NCBI RefSeq assembly: GCF_006345805.1 | Contig: NC_043020.1 | Coordinates: 5,580,001-5,644,000, forward strand | Origin: Octopus sinensis | Lineage: Eukaryota | Direction of reading: 5' to 3' | Length of the DNA stretch: 64,000 nucleotides | In this document: positions 38,939-51,197 of the stretch, piece after piece | How the letters are laid out: every line of letters starts with the position of its first letter | How positions within the stretch are numbered: position 1 is the stretch's first letter | Made by a program: the position numbers and the translations under genes | Notes under the pieces: generated by a model | What the model saw: only the letters and a program-made list of their open reading frames with translations | What the model was told of the DNA's origin: nothing | The model's database searches: none

Positions 38939-39685
38939 CTTCCTTTATTGGCCACACAGGGCTGAACACAGAGGGGACAAATACAAATGTAGAGCTTTTC
39001 TTTTCGAAAATGGAAAAGAAAAAGAGCAAAAAAAAAAACAAAAAAAAAGTAAAATTCCGATCAAAAGGGTTGGGAAGAAAAAAAGCTATCAAAAGCGATA
39101 TTGTATCACAAAAGGTGACCACACCTGTTCATCGTCTATGAAGTACCAGAGATGTCGCAGTCTCAGCGCATGTCTGCGCATCATCATCCATGGTATGCCT
39201 AGCCCTCCATTTAGCGGGTGTTGGCAGCAAATGGATCGCCTAACCATCAGAACGCTTTCCTTCCACAGGAAGCGGAAGAGTATGCGTTCCAGTTTGGTGA
39301 TGGTAGGGTCAGGACAAGGCACGACGGTCAGACGGTACTCAATGACGGATGCGATGTATGCGTTCGCCACCTCCGCCTGACCTTTTAGGGATAGCTTCCT
39401 CTCAGCCCATTGCTGGGTGAGAGTGGCCACCCTAGTCGTTATTTCGCCCCAGTTCTTCTCCATTTGGAGGTCCGGACCAAGTCAGACTCCGAGCAATTTA
39501 ACCGGTCCATCGGTCCAGTGTCTCACGATGGAGACGCTGTTGGATGGCATGGGCTTGCTTCTCCAGGTGCCAAGCCGCAAGCCCAGACATTTCCCGGTTA
39601 ATTTCTGCTACCGTTACCGTTTCATATTCTTTTAGTGTCTCGCCGATCAGGTTGATGTACTTCTGGCTCAACACTATGATGGTAA

Positions 39686-39732
<47 letters not shown>

Positions 39733-39758
39733 GTAGGCAGGTAGGCAGGCAGGCAGGC

Positions 39759-39789
<31 letters not shown>

Positions 39790-39794
39790 TAGAC

Positions 39795-39854
<60 letters not shown>

Positions 39855-39855
39855 G

Positions 39856-39919
<64 letters not shown>

Positions 39920-40088
39920 TAGATAGACAGAGACAGACAGACAGACAGACTGATAGACAGACAGACAGATAGATAGATAGTTAGATAGATAGATAGATAG
40001 ATGATAGATAGATAGAAAAATTAGATAGACAGATAGAGAGAGAGAGAAAGAGAGAAAGAGATACAGACAGACAGACAGACAGGAAGGA

Positions 40089-40134
<46 letters not shown>

Positions 40135-40170
40135 ACAGGCAGGCAGACAGATAAATAGATAGATAGATAG
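38590..40170. repeat. Compound (GATA)n/(GACA)n/(GGCA)n microsatellite (others at 26845-27200 and 30720-31322)
   Basis: Direct inspection. Confidence 0.95.
38938..39684 (-). mobile_element. Tx1/L1-group LINE, 5'-truncated and internally deleted 3' fragment, embedded in a (GATA)n tract
   Basis: TLKEYETVTVAEINRE, GPVKLLGV, EKNW, RKLSLKGQAEVANAYIASVIEY, KLERILFRFLW, VRRSICCQHPLNGGLGIP are typical L1/Tx1 post-RT motifs; GATA repeats on both sides. Confidence 0.85.
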
Positions 40171-41373
40171 ATAGAGATATTCACACACATGCACACACGC
40201 ACAAACACACGCATATACATATGTGCATACCCATACCCACGTAGGCCTACACGTGTAAACACACGCATAAGCACACATACAATGCCACAAAAATGACCTC
40301 ATACATGCACAACACATACATGCACATACACACACATATACATAGAGACATATCAACACATATACACACATATATATGCATATACATACACATGCAAAAA
40401 GCACACACATACGAGTATACACACACAAATGCATTTATATATACACATGCATGCACACAAACCTATTCACATATATACATACACACACATCTGCACACAT
40501 ATATACATTTATACATACACACATACACTTATACACAGATTTATATGCACATACGTATGTATATATATATATATATAGGCGCAGGAGTGGCTGTGTGGTA
40601 AGTAGCTTGCTAACCAACCACATTGTTCTGGGTTCAGTCCCACTGCGTGGCATCTTGGGCAAGTGTCTTCTGCTATAGCCCCGGGCCAACCAATGCCTTG
40701 TGAGTGGATTTGGTAGACGGAAACTGAAAGAAGCCCGTCGTATATATGTATATATATGTGTATGTGTGTGTTTGTGTGTCTGTGTTTGTCTCCCTAGCAT
40801 TGCTTGACAACCGATGCTGGTGTGTTTACGTCCCCGTCACTTAGCAGTTCGGCAAAAGAGACCGATAGAATAATACATATATACACATACTCTCACAGAC
40901 ATACACATAGATATACATATAGGCATACATCCACACACACACATATACACACATACACACTTACACACACATATATATATACACACACATATATGCATTG
41001 CATACATACATACATATACACCCACATACATGTACCCACATATACACATATACACATACACTCACACATACACACATAAACACACACACATATATACTTA
41101 CAGACACATACATACATATACACACACACTCACACATACACACATAAACACACACACATATATATATACACACACATATATATATACACACACATATACA
41201 CACATACACACTTACACACACATATATACTTACAGACACATACATACATATACACACACATTTACTAACACACACACACATACATACACATATACTCACA
41301 CACACATGTATATACATATACATACACACACACACACCTGAGAAACAAGAGGATGATTCATTTAACAGGTGAA

Positions 41374-41413
<40 letters not shown>

Positions 41414-41461
41414 AGTTGTTGATGGGGCGTGTGTCACTATAGTTGTGCTGATGGTGATGGT

Positions 41462-42090
41462 GGTGTCGGTGGTAGTGCGATGGTGGCAGTGATGGTAGTG
41501 GTGTAATAGTGGTGGTGGCGGTGGTTGTGGTTGTGGTGCTGGTTGCGGCGGTGGTGGTGTGATGGTGGCAATGATGGGGATGATGTGATGATGGTGGTAG
41601 TGGTGGTGGTGGTGGTGATGATGGTGGCAGTAATGGTAGTGGTGGTGATGGTGGTGTCGGTGGTAGTGCGATGGTGGCAGTGATGGTAGTGGTGTAATGG
41701 TGGTGGTGGCGGTGGTTGTGGTTGTGGTGCTGGTTGCGGCGGTGGTGGTGTGATGGTGGCAGTGATGGGGATGATGTGATGATGGTGGTAGTGGTGGTGG
41801 TGGTGGTGATGATGGTGGCGGTAATGGTAGTGGTGGTGATGGTGGTGTCGGTGGTAGTGCGATGGTGGCAGTGATGGTAGTGGTGTAATGGTGGTGGTGG
41901 CGGTGGTTGTGGTTGTGGTGCTGGTTGCGGCGGTGGTGGTGTGATGGTGGCAGTGATGGGGATGATGTGATGATGATGGTGGTAGTGGTGGTGGTGATGA
42001 TGGTGGCGGTAATGGTAGTGGTGGTGATGGTGGTGTCGGTGGTAGTGCGATGGTGGCAGTGATGGTAGTGGTGTAATGGTGGTGGTGGTG
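41462..42090. repeat. ~190-bp higher-order repeat of GGT/GAT low-complexity sequence
   Basis: Marker GGTGTCGGTGGTAGTGCG at 41462, 41653, 41844 and 42032. Confidence 0.9.
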
Positions 42091-42717
42091 GTATTAATGG
42101 TGGTGATGGTGGTGGTGATGGTGGTATGTGGTGGTGGTGGTGGTGGTGGTGGTGGTGGTGGTGGTGATGGTGGTGATGGTGGTGGTGATGGTGGTATGTG
42201 GTGGTGGTGGTGGTGGTGGTGGTGGTGGTGGTGATGGTGGTGGTGGTGGTGGTGATATACTGACATGGTAATACCAATGGTAGTAACGTGATTAAATATT
42301 TTCATTATTTTTCATTAATTTATTCCGGGACCTTGTGGTGGTGGTGGTGGCAGCGGCGCTGTGATGGTGGCAGCGGCGGTATGATGGTGGCGGTGTTGGT
42401 GGTGGTGGTGATGATGTGATGATGATGGTGGTGGTGGTGGTGGTGGTGATGATGATGGTGGTGGTGGTGGTGATGGCAGTAGTGATGCTGGTGATGTGAT
42501 GGTGATAATGGTAGTGGTGGTGACAGTGGTGGTGGTGGTGGTGGTGATTATATATTGACATGGTAATACCAATGGTAGTAACGTGATTCAATATTTTCAT
42601 TGTTTTTCATTAATTTATTCCGAGACCTTCTCAAATGAAATCTATTTACAACGAAACACACTCTAGCCATGACCATCCCACCTGTATTTCAGGTGCAGTT
42701 TATATCTAGGACCAGGA

Positions 42718-43048
42718 AGGCTTGTGGTTCAGTGGTTAGGGTGTTCGGCTCACAATCATACGGTCATGAGTTCAATTCCTGGGGACACATTGTATCCTTG
42801 AGCAAGGCACTTCTTTTCACATTGCTCCAGTCCACTTGGCTGACAAAAATGAATTGTACCTGTAATTACAAAGGGCCAGCCTTGTCACACTCTGTGTCAC
42901 ATTCTGGTCACACTGAAGCTCCCTGAGAACTACATTATGGGTACGTGCATCTATGGTGTACTCAGCCACTTGCTTGTTAATTTCATGAGCAGGCTGTTCA
43001 GTTGATCAAAGCAGCTGGAACCCTCATCACTATAACCAACAGAATGCC
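42718..43048 (+). mobile_element. tRNA-derived SINE family D (representative copy)
   Basis: GTTCAGTGGTTAG...GAGTTCAATTCC head, CCTTGAGCAAGGCACTT core; copies at ~920-1110 (-), 6380-6715, 29700-29930 and 34455-34830 (-). Confidence 0.8.
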
Positions 43049-43228
43049 AATATGTATCTCGGAGTACATTATCGCAATGACAATATATATACTTTCTTCC
43101 TGGTTTCCGTAACTGTTATTGTAGTTATTACCCGGTGAGGGTCACCAGCGTGGGTGACAACAATATACTGTTACATTGGGTTAGAAGCCATAATGCAGGA
43201 AGAAACATCTAGAACAAGCAGAGGCTAA

Positions 43229-43527
43229 GAGCTGTTCTTCGCTCCTGCTCCAGAGTGTCGGCTGCGGGGTCATTCCAAAAAGCTCTATCTGCGACGATTT
43301 CATCTCAATCGAAGGAGAGGGGCTTTCTCCGTCCAGATCGTGGATCCGTGGAATAAGCTGCCGGATGAGATAGTGAAGATGCTGACGACCGCTCGGTTCA
43401 AAGTCTCTCTTGACCAGAAATGGCCTGAACTCTTTGCATGAACACCCTCCCTGTACATAACTCCATGTCCCCCTACATGGCCTTGCGTTTTGCTTTTTGA
43501 GCCAAAAAATTAACTTAACGTAACCTA
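43229..43527 (+). mobile_element. CR1-clade LINE 3' end
   Basis: ELFFAPAPECRLRGHSKKLYLRRFHLNRRRGAFSVQIVDPWNKLPDEIV...FKVSLD (stop at 43439-43441), the CR1 C-terminal signature, plus a short 3' UTR. Confidence 0.85.
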
Positions 43528-45084
43528 AGAAGCAGGCCGCATGAGACATGGTCCATTGCTGCTGTCTTTTCATCCAATATCACTTCATCAAACATCTTTC
43601 TGTTCATGTCTTTCCATCCAACATCTTTTTGTTCGATGATTTTTTTTTTGTCCAATGCCAAATCCTATCATTACAATTCATAATGGTTATTTGGTTTTGA
43701 TGTTCACCTTGTTTTCTAAAAGGCAGCGAGCTGGCAGAAACGTTAGCACGCCAGGTGAAATGCTTTGCGATATTTCGTCTGCCGTTACGTTCTGAGTTCA
43801 AATTCCGCCGAGGTCGACTTTGCCTTTCATCCTTTCGGGGTTGATAAATTAAGTACCAGTTATGCACTGGGGTCGATCTAATCAACTGGTTCCCTCTCCA
43901 AAAAATTCAGACCTTGTGCCTAGAGTAGAACAAAATACACACACACACACACACACACACACATTTAAGAGATAAAGATCCACATAAACTGTATTTAAAA
44001 AAATTATTTTGTTAATTAAGGTGACAGTAATATGTGTATTTGTTTTCGAAAACAGAAATCCAGGGTTCGATTCATTCATTCAGGTGACAAAAAGTTATAT
44101 ATATATATTATATATATATATATATGTAACGGATTTAATTGATTAGTAAACATTATATTGATGATGTACCAGTTATGCACTGGGGTCGATATAATCAACT
44201 TAATCCTTTTCTCTGTCCTTGTTTGTCCCCTCTGTGTATAGCCCCTTTACTCTTTTACTCTTTTACTTGTTTCAGTCATTTGACTTCAGCCATGCTGGAG
44301 CACTGCCTTTAGTCAAACAAATCGACCCCTGAACTTATTCTTTGTAAGCCTAGTACTAATTCTATCGATCTCTTTTGTTGAATCGCTAAGTTACAGGGAC
44401 GTAAACACACCAGAATCAGTTAAGCGTTGTTGGGTGGGGACGAACACAGACACACAAACACACACACATATATATACATATACGACAGGCTTCTTTCAGT
44501 TTCTGTCTACCAAATCCACTCACAACACTTTGGTCGGCCCGAGGCTATAGTTGAAGACACTTGCCCAAGGTGCCACGCAGTGAGAATGAATCCGGAACCA
44601 TTTGATTGGTAAGCAAGCTACTTGCCACACAGCCACTCCTGCGCTTGTGGGCAGTAAAGAAATAAGTTCACCTTGTTTTCTAAAGGGTTTATTTAAAATT
44701 GGACAAAAAGTCGTTGGACAAAAAACTCATCAGACAAAATGACGTCAGACTGAAAGACGTGGACGAAGTGATGTTGGACAAAGTGACATCAGACAAAAAG
44801 TTGGGCCATGGGTCCATCATCAAATGGGCCATGTTACTAAAACAATACAAAGTAAAAGTTAACTTATGATGGAAGTAAACAAAGTAATCTTTTTATAGGC
44901 TTACCAGTCAGATTGTACGATGACAGTCAAGGCTGATCTGGAACCCAACCTAGGCCCCCATATCTAAGGCGTTTGCTGCTGGAATAAGGAGTGGTAGGAG
45001 ATCACGTGGTCATTAGCCTCAAATCGCCAGGTCTTGTCGGCGTGTGTGAGAGATGCAGCATTGAGGATGAATGAAGCCAGCTCA

Positions 45085-45530
45085 ACCCACCCTGGGTGAA
45101 TGCTGTCTCAAGTCAAAAAAGTCAAGATTGTACGATGCTTGTGCACGAACAGCTATACTCCATGGTAGTGAGATACAGGCTGTGAATACTGAAGTGATGT
45201 GTGGACTTGAGAGGAAAGAAGCTAGTGTGCAACATCAGGGTGCATGTATGACAAAGTGCAAATGTGCTGAGAGAAAAGTTGGGCTTAAGAGGAATCAGAT
45301 GCAACATGGTTTGGACATGTGGTGCATATGAATGAAGGCATGAAGAAGAAGTAATTGCTTAAAGTGGATGACACCCGTAGAAGAGGGAGACTTGGGAAGA
45401 CATGGGATGCAGTAAGTGAGGACCGATCTCAGGATGTTGGGCCACACAGAGGAAATGACAATGGAATGAGATGCCTGGTGATATAAGGTTCTTGAGAAGA
45501 CCCTGCCCACCCCAGCAAAACTGAGTCCTG
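45085..45530 (+). mobile_element. Decayed RTE-clade LINE 3' fragment
   Basis: KSRLYDACARTAILHGSE...LERKEAS and downstream WFGHV- and RGR-like remnants across frameshifts. Confidence 0.7.
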
Positions 45531-45811
45531 GAAGTACCGTGTGTTCCACCCACATATAACAATAAAAATGTTCACACAACCTACCCTAATAAACCAAACT
45601 ACATCTCCAGGGCCAGATTAAGACCCACAGAGGCCCAAAGCACTTAAAAGGTTTTGGTGCCCTCAAGTAAATGTAAATGGTTCAAAATGTAAAGAAAATG
45701 ATAAACCATAAAATAAATTTTTATTTTTCAAAATGAAACAAAATTCACAGTAAGATGGAAAATAATGTTTATTTTTGTACGCTTCTATTTTATTTATATT
45801 TGCAAAGTTTT

Positions 45812-46243
45812 ATTTACATTATTTACATTCAACGGATATTTGTCCTCATCTTGTTTGTTGTTAACACTATGTTTCGGCTGATATACCCTCCAGCCTTCAT
45901 CAGGTGTCTTGAGGAAATTTCAAACCTGGATTCTCATTCCTAAGGCATTTTTCGATGTTATTATTACAATTATTATCATTATTATCATTATTTTTTTTTT
46001 CTTCTTTCAAATTTTCTTCCATTTCTTGCCGAGTGTCTTCCCGACTCATAGGGCAAAGAAACTCATAGTATACATTGGTAGGCCATTAAACCAAACTCAA
46101 TAGTTCGTTCATTTTTTATTTTTTTTAAGTTAAATTAATTATTATTATTATTATTAATATTATTATTATTATTGTTCAGGTCACTGCTTGGAATCGAACT
46201 TGGAATCTTGGGGTTAGTAGCCCATGCTCTTAACCATTACGCC
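45812..46243 (-). mobile_element. Probable tRNA-derived SINE with a hammerhead-containing 3' body, interrupted in its (TAA)n linker
   Basis: tRNA-like head at 46174-46243 (GGCGTAATGGTTAAG A-box-like; GTTCGATTCC B-box), then (TAA)n, then a body matching 1611-1746. An unrelated ~170-bp insert lies in the linker, so head-body continuity is inferred. Confidence 0.55.
45863..45908 (-). ncRNA. Second copy of the minimal hammerhead, stem III mutated (GAAAC-AUA)
   Basis: Same repeat as 1611-1746; CUGAUGA, stem II and GAAA intact, but CGUU has become CAUA, breaking the palindrome. Confidence 0.6.
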
Positions 46244-46625
46244 AAGCAGTAACCATAATATAATAATAATAATAATAATAATAATACTAACATCGAAATA
46301 TACCTTAGGAATGAGAACCCAGATTCGAAATTTCCCCCCAAAGACATCTCTACAACCACCACCACTACCACTACCACCACCACTACCACCACCACCATCT
46401 CCTCCTCCACCACCACGCTCCTCTCTCTTGACAACCATTCATAACATTTCTATAAAACAGAAAACACAAATTGTCCCACAAAAGAATTGTTCTCGTTTCT
46501 CTTGATTGATATCAAGAAATAAGTTTCTTTCTATTGTTGCTGTTGTTGTTGTTGCTGCTGCAGTGTTTATTATGGTATATTTAATTTCTTTTAAGCTTTG
46601 CAATTCGTCTGTGTGTCTGTGTGTG

Positions 46626-46664
<39 letters not shown>

Positions 46665-47011
46665 TGTGTGTGTGTGTGTGTCTGTGTATGTGCATACATA
46701 CATACTATATATATCTGCCCAGATTTATTAATCTTCTTCCTTTTGTTATATATACCCCCCCTCTCTCTCCCTCTTTATGTATGTGTGTGTGTGGTGTGTG
46801 TCCTGTTGTTGTATGTGTCGGTGTATGTGTGTATGATGTATATATATATATAGATTATATATATATATAGTGTATATATATATATGTGTATAATATAATA
46901 TATATAATATATATATATACATATATATGTATATATATATATATATATCATATATATATATTATATATATAATAATATATTATATATATTATATATACAT
47001 ACATACATACA

Positions 47012-47043
<32 letters not shown>

Positions 47044-47818
47044 CATATATATGCAGTGATAGTGGAGTCTGATTAATTGTTTAAATTTAATTAGACATAT
47101 CGTTGATTAGATTTTTAATGTAACACACATCACATTAGTGGATGCTGTTGTTGTTGTTGTTGTCATTGGTCTTATTGTTTGTTTGGGTGTTGTCATTAAA
47201 CAGCAATTTATTGCTTTATTCTGCTTATCCCCATTTTAAACGCTGCTGCGTACGTCTGTATGTATGTACAATAATAATGAACTTATTATAAGCATTATAT
47301 GGCAACTCATCAGGAAAAGTAGTGCATGAACAACAACTAGAATGATTCCCAGGAAGTGAACAGTGAATAAGCCATTAAAAAATAAGTTGGAGTGTATCAG
47401 GTGTACTGTTAGCAAATCCCAGGAGGCATGGAAGGTTTGAAGTGGGGGTTCTCAACAATTTTTTATCTAGGGACCCTTTGATTACTATTTTTGATTACTA
47501 TTCTGGTGGACCCCTATAACCATTCGACATTTAAAAACTAGTTTTATAGAATCTTCTTTCAAAGCCCTTATTTTGTTTTTCACACGTTAACGGTTGGGAC
47601 TATGTTACTCTTTAATCTTTTACTTGTTTCAGTCATTTGACTGTGGCCATGCTGGAGCACCGCCTTTAGTCGAGCAAATCGACCCCAGGACTTATTCTTT
47701 GTAAGCCTAGTACTTATTCTATCGGTTCTCTTTCGCCGAACCCCTAAGTAAACACACCAGCATCGATTGTCAAGCAATGCTAGGGGGACAAACACAGGCA
47801 CACAAACACAACACACAA

Positions 47819-47858
<40 letters not shown>

Positions 47859-47921
47859 TTATAAAATATATATATAAAAATAAATATAATATATAATATA
47901 TATATATAATATATATATTAT

Positions 47922-50587
47922 ATGGTGAATTGAAGAAATGGAGCTGAACGCAGATTGAACAGAAATCGTTTATTTCATTCTACACGTGTTTCGAAAGGCA
48001 CAAATTACCAAAATCCGATTGAATAATGGGACCATCTTGTGTCTTTCTCTTCAGGAAGAAAAAAGGAAATCCGTTGGAAAAACAAAAACAGAACAGAGGC
48101 AGAGCAAAAAAACAATCGAACTGTGCTCCTAAGAGCCCATGGCGAACTGGTTATCAGTGTATGTTGAGAACCGGTGGCGAAGAATTCAAAACAGTCAGGC
48201 ATCGGTCAAACATGGGGTGAGGGTGTATAGATTTCTTTGTGACCGGAATACAGTTCTGACTATTTAAAGAATATTGGATGTTTTATAAGGGGCAAGAAAA
48301 AATCTACTTAGAGACGTGTGTGTGTGTATACTGTTCTATATATGTGTGTGTTGGCGTAGGGGTAGAAAAACATTTTTTGTGTACGTGTGTGCGTTTGATC
48401 GTTCGGCTGTCAGTGGCTACTGCCGTGATAACCGTTGGGTGGCAGAAAGAAAAAAAATAAAGAAATTATATATATATATTTTATGTTTTATGTGTGTGTG
48501 GTGTGTGTTCATCTAGCCTACCTTGACAAGGAAAACCCCCGCTGTGAAAAAACAAGCCCCGTTTGTCTTACAGAGTAATTTCCCTTGCAGTGGTTAATTG
48601 TAGATATCTTAAAATCTATTTCAGAATTTGTTACCAAGGGCTATGGGTGCCGGTCTTATTTATAAACGCTTTTTTAAAGGCCAGATAAGTGTAACGCCGC
48701 CAATGGGGGCATCGAAAAGCCGACTGTAAGAGCCCGTTTACCATCCGGCCTCTGGCAAACAAAATATGGAAGAGTTCGGAGACACAAAGGTTGCACTGTC
48801 TTCTGCCCCTATCAAATGGGAGGGCCACCGACAAAATTGACCATTCCAGCCTATAGCTTAAGTCGCATCCTTCAGTCGCCATATTAGCTTACTGAGTCCC
48901 GTGGTCTCGGCGCTTGTTCACGTCCCGAAAAGTTGCGTAATGGTTGGAGACACGCAAAGACAATCTTGAGGATGATGCCCCTATATAAGTGAAGGCATCT
49001 GAGTCCGTGTAAACCTTGCATTGGATAGACGGCGTTTTTGATCTTGGAGTTCGCCGACGTGAATCTTACTCTGCTAGGATTGGTTCTGAAATTAGAATAG
49101 AACTGCGTTCCTGTCACTATATTCGTTCCGAGACCTGCAGCCGCTTACTACTCTATTTTCCACTACGTCACTATAACTATAGGAATAACCCCTGATTCTC
49201 CACTATCTATCAGAGTGCTGTCATTGCTACTGCCCGTGGTATGCTATTGCGGGGGAAATGATGCTGGGGATGCTAAAGGGGCTCTCTACCCTACTCCCAT
49301 TGTTACCATCAACCACAACACCCCTATTATAACTATACCCTAGCGGGTATCCCGGCTGGAGCTGAGATTTGTGTCACTGTACGGCTCTCATATCATTATT
49401 ACTACTATATTATTCCTACTGAGCATTAAACCGGGAGCGAAGAGGCTGTGCCTCCGGAAAAAGGTGATAGGGTCTTAGTAAGTAGCCTATTATTATGGGA
49501 GGCGATTATCTGGGCGAGTTTTTAGTGTTGAGAAGCTATCCTAACTTTATGTGAGTTAACCGTGGAGTAATATTTGGAATTTCTGGGGAAGTATTGGCGA
49601 GGCTTGTCTAAACATGAGGGGGAGGTTAGTTCTAATCTGCTTACCAAAGGGGATTACAAACCATATATGCTTATTCCTATCAGTGTGATGGGTCGGGACG
49701 CCAGCTCTCGCATTTGGGTGGGTGATTCTCGGATGAATAACGGGTCTTGGGTTAGTATAAGACCTCCGGACCGAATTATCCTTGTTCGCTAAATTAAATG
49801 CGGGAGCGACTACCCCGGTATCCGCCGCGCTCCCGTCCTTACTTAAAATGTTAATGTATTATATACGGCCCTATCCTGATGACCGAATGATGGCATCGAA
49901 GGGCCGGATCAATATAAATTACCTTCTGCCTATAACCGGCTTGGATAGTGCGGCGTTATAAAAATCCGCTTTCTGCATAAAAATATCGGCACTGGCGGAC
50001 AGGCCACCAGACAATCTTAGAGAGATGTTTTAACAAATTTGTCTGTTACGGTTTTGGCATGATTGGAAGACACTGACATACTTCAAATTAGTGGAAGGCT
50101 TATGGTAAGGGCAGTATGAGTCGCTATTAAGGTTAAGTGTAACGTCTAGGAAATTAGCCTTTGGTGAGTTCGTTATCAAACTATACTCATGCCATTCTAT
50201 AAAAAACCTAGCTAACTGCTCTTAGTTTTCTGCACTATTCTGTTCGTGGTGTTTTGCAGGTAATTAAAAACAGACAATCGTCACGATACAGGCCGCCCCG
50301 CCGATCTCCGGGAATTGATCGGACAATTCGTAGAGAATATATATTCCGACCAAATCGGCTATCTGCGCACTATCCGAACTACCCATAGGCACATCAAATT
50401 CATTGGGAGTATCCTTACGGATCCACAGCTATTATCAAACTTATAAACGATTTCCTGGCAACTAAAATGATATCTATCTCTTCTCTGGTGAGGCCTGCCT
50501 TGTTGTGAGCATGCCAGAGGGCCTTATTTAGCACACTAGGGTTAATCGAGGGGTAGAAGCTGGCGATATCAAACTGAATGAACCTAG
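47922..50587 (-). mobile_element. Penelope-like retroelement (PLE), 5'-truncated and frameshifted: RT + C-terminal GIY-YIG endonuclease + 3' UTR
   Basis: Minus-strand translation across frameshifts gives RFIQFDIASFYPSI (RT motif A), FDVPMGSSDSAQIADLVGIY (motif B), GLYRDD (motif C), RNKHIWFVIPF, IIASHNNRLL, then NAVY/QCKV...TYIGASSSRLSLRVSNHYATFR, GLSKLIWRLKD and WSILSVALPFDRGRRQCNLCVSE...CPH (PLE GIY-YIG). The 3' end abuts (TA)n; a SINE cuts the 5' end. Confidence 0.93.
47973..48061 (-). ncRNA. Type I hammerhead ribozyme in the PLE 3' region
   Basis: Minus strand: UUUCUUC-CUGAAGA-GAAAGACACAA(33-nt loop)UUGUGCCUUUC-GAAA-C-ACGU-GUA-GAAUGAAA. All core nucleotides present; stem II pairs 10/11; stem I pairs with one bulge; short stem III with palindromic ACGU loop. 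Confidence 0.85.
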
Positions 50588-50927
50588 TACATATATACGA
50601 CTGGCTTCTTTCAGTTTCCGTCTACCAAATTCACTCACAAGGCTTTGGTCGGCCCGAAGCTATAGTATTAGACACTTGCCCAAGGTGCCATGCAGTGGGA
50701 CTGAACCCAGGACCATGTGGTTCGTAAGCAAGCTACTTGCCACACAGCCACTCCTACGCCATGTTACATATTAGAGAAAGAAATCTACCTGTTTCTTGCA
50801 ATACATACAAATACATAGATCTAAAGCAAGGGTTCTCAACCGTTTTTTATCTATGGACCCTTTCATTATTATTTTATTCTGTGGGACCCCATAACCATTC
50901 GATATCTAAAAACTAGTTTTACAGATA

Positions 50928-51090
50928 CCGTAAATCCTCGAGTATAGTCCACCCTTGAGTATAATAGGCAGGGGATTTTTAGGGGGCTGTACCTCTGAAA
51001 AACCTAAACCTTGAGTATAATACGCACCCCTTCTCTAACTTGAGTCAAGGAGGTCTATATAACGTCCTTGGTTTGTAAAAATGTATACGG
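50928..51090. mobile_element. Short Tc1/pogo-type MITE remnant
   Basis: TA|CCGTA...TACGG|TA termini. Confidence 0.5.
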
Positions 51091-51197
51091 TAATGTCCTT
51101 TATTATTATTATTATATATATAACATAATGCAACCGTGTAGCTTTTTCATGCATTTTGTTTGTAGAAAATAAAGAAATAACAGTAATAACGTTTAAT

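Noticed and set aside
40961-42305. 438-aa and 297-aa His/Thr/Pro-rich ORFs
   Set aside because: Translations of GGT/GAT and CA/TA repeats that are open in several frames; no splice signals or unique domain.
46174-46243. tRNA gene (anticodon-like ACT)
   Set aside because: No acceptor stem pairing, imperfect T arm, and it runs into (TAA)n; better explained as a SINE head.
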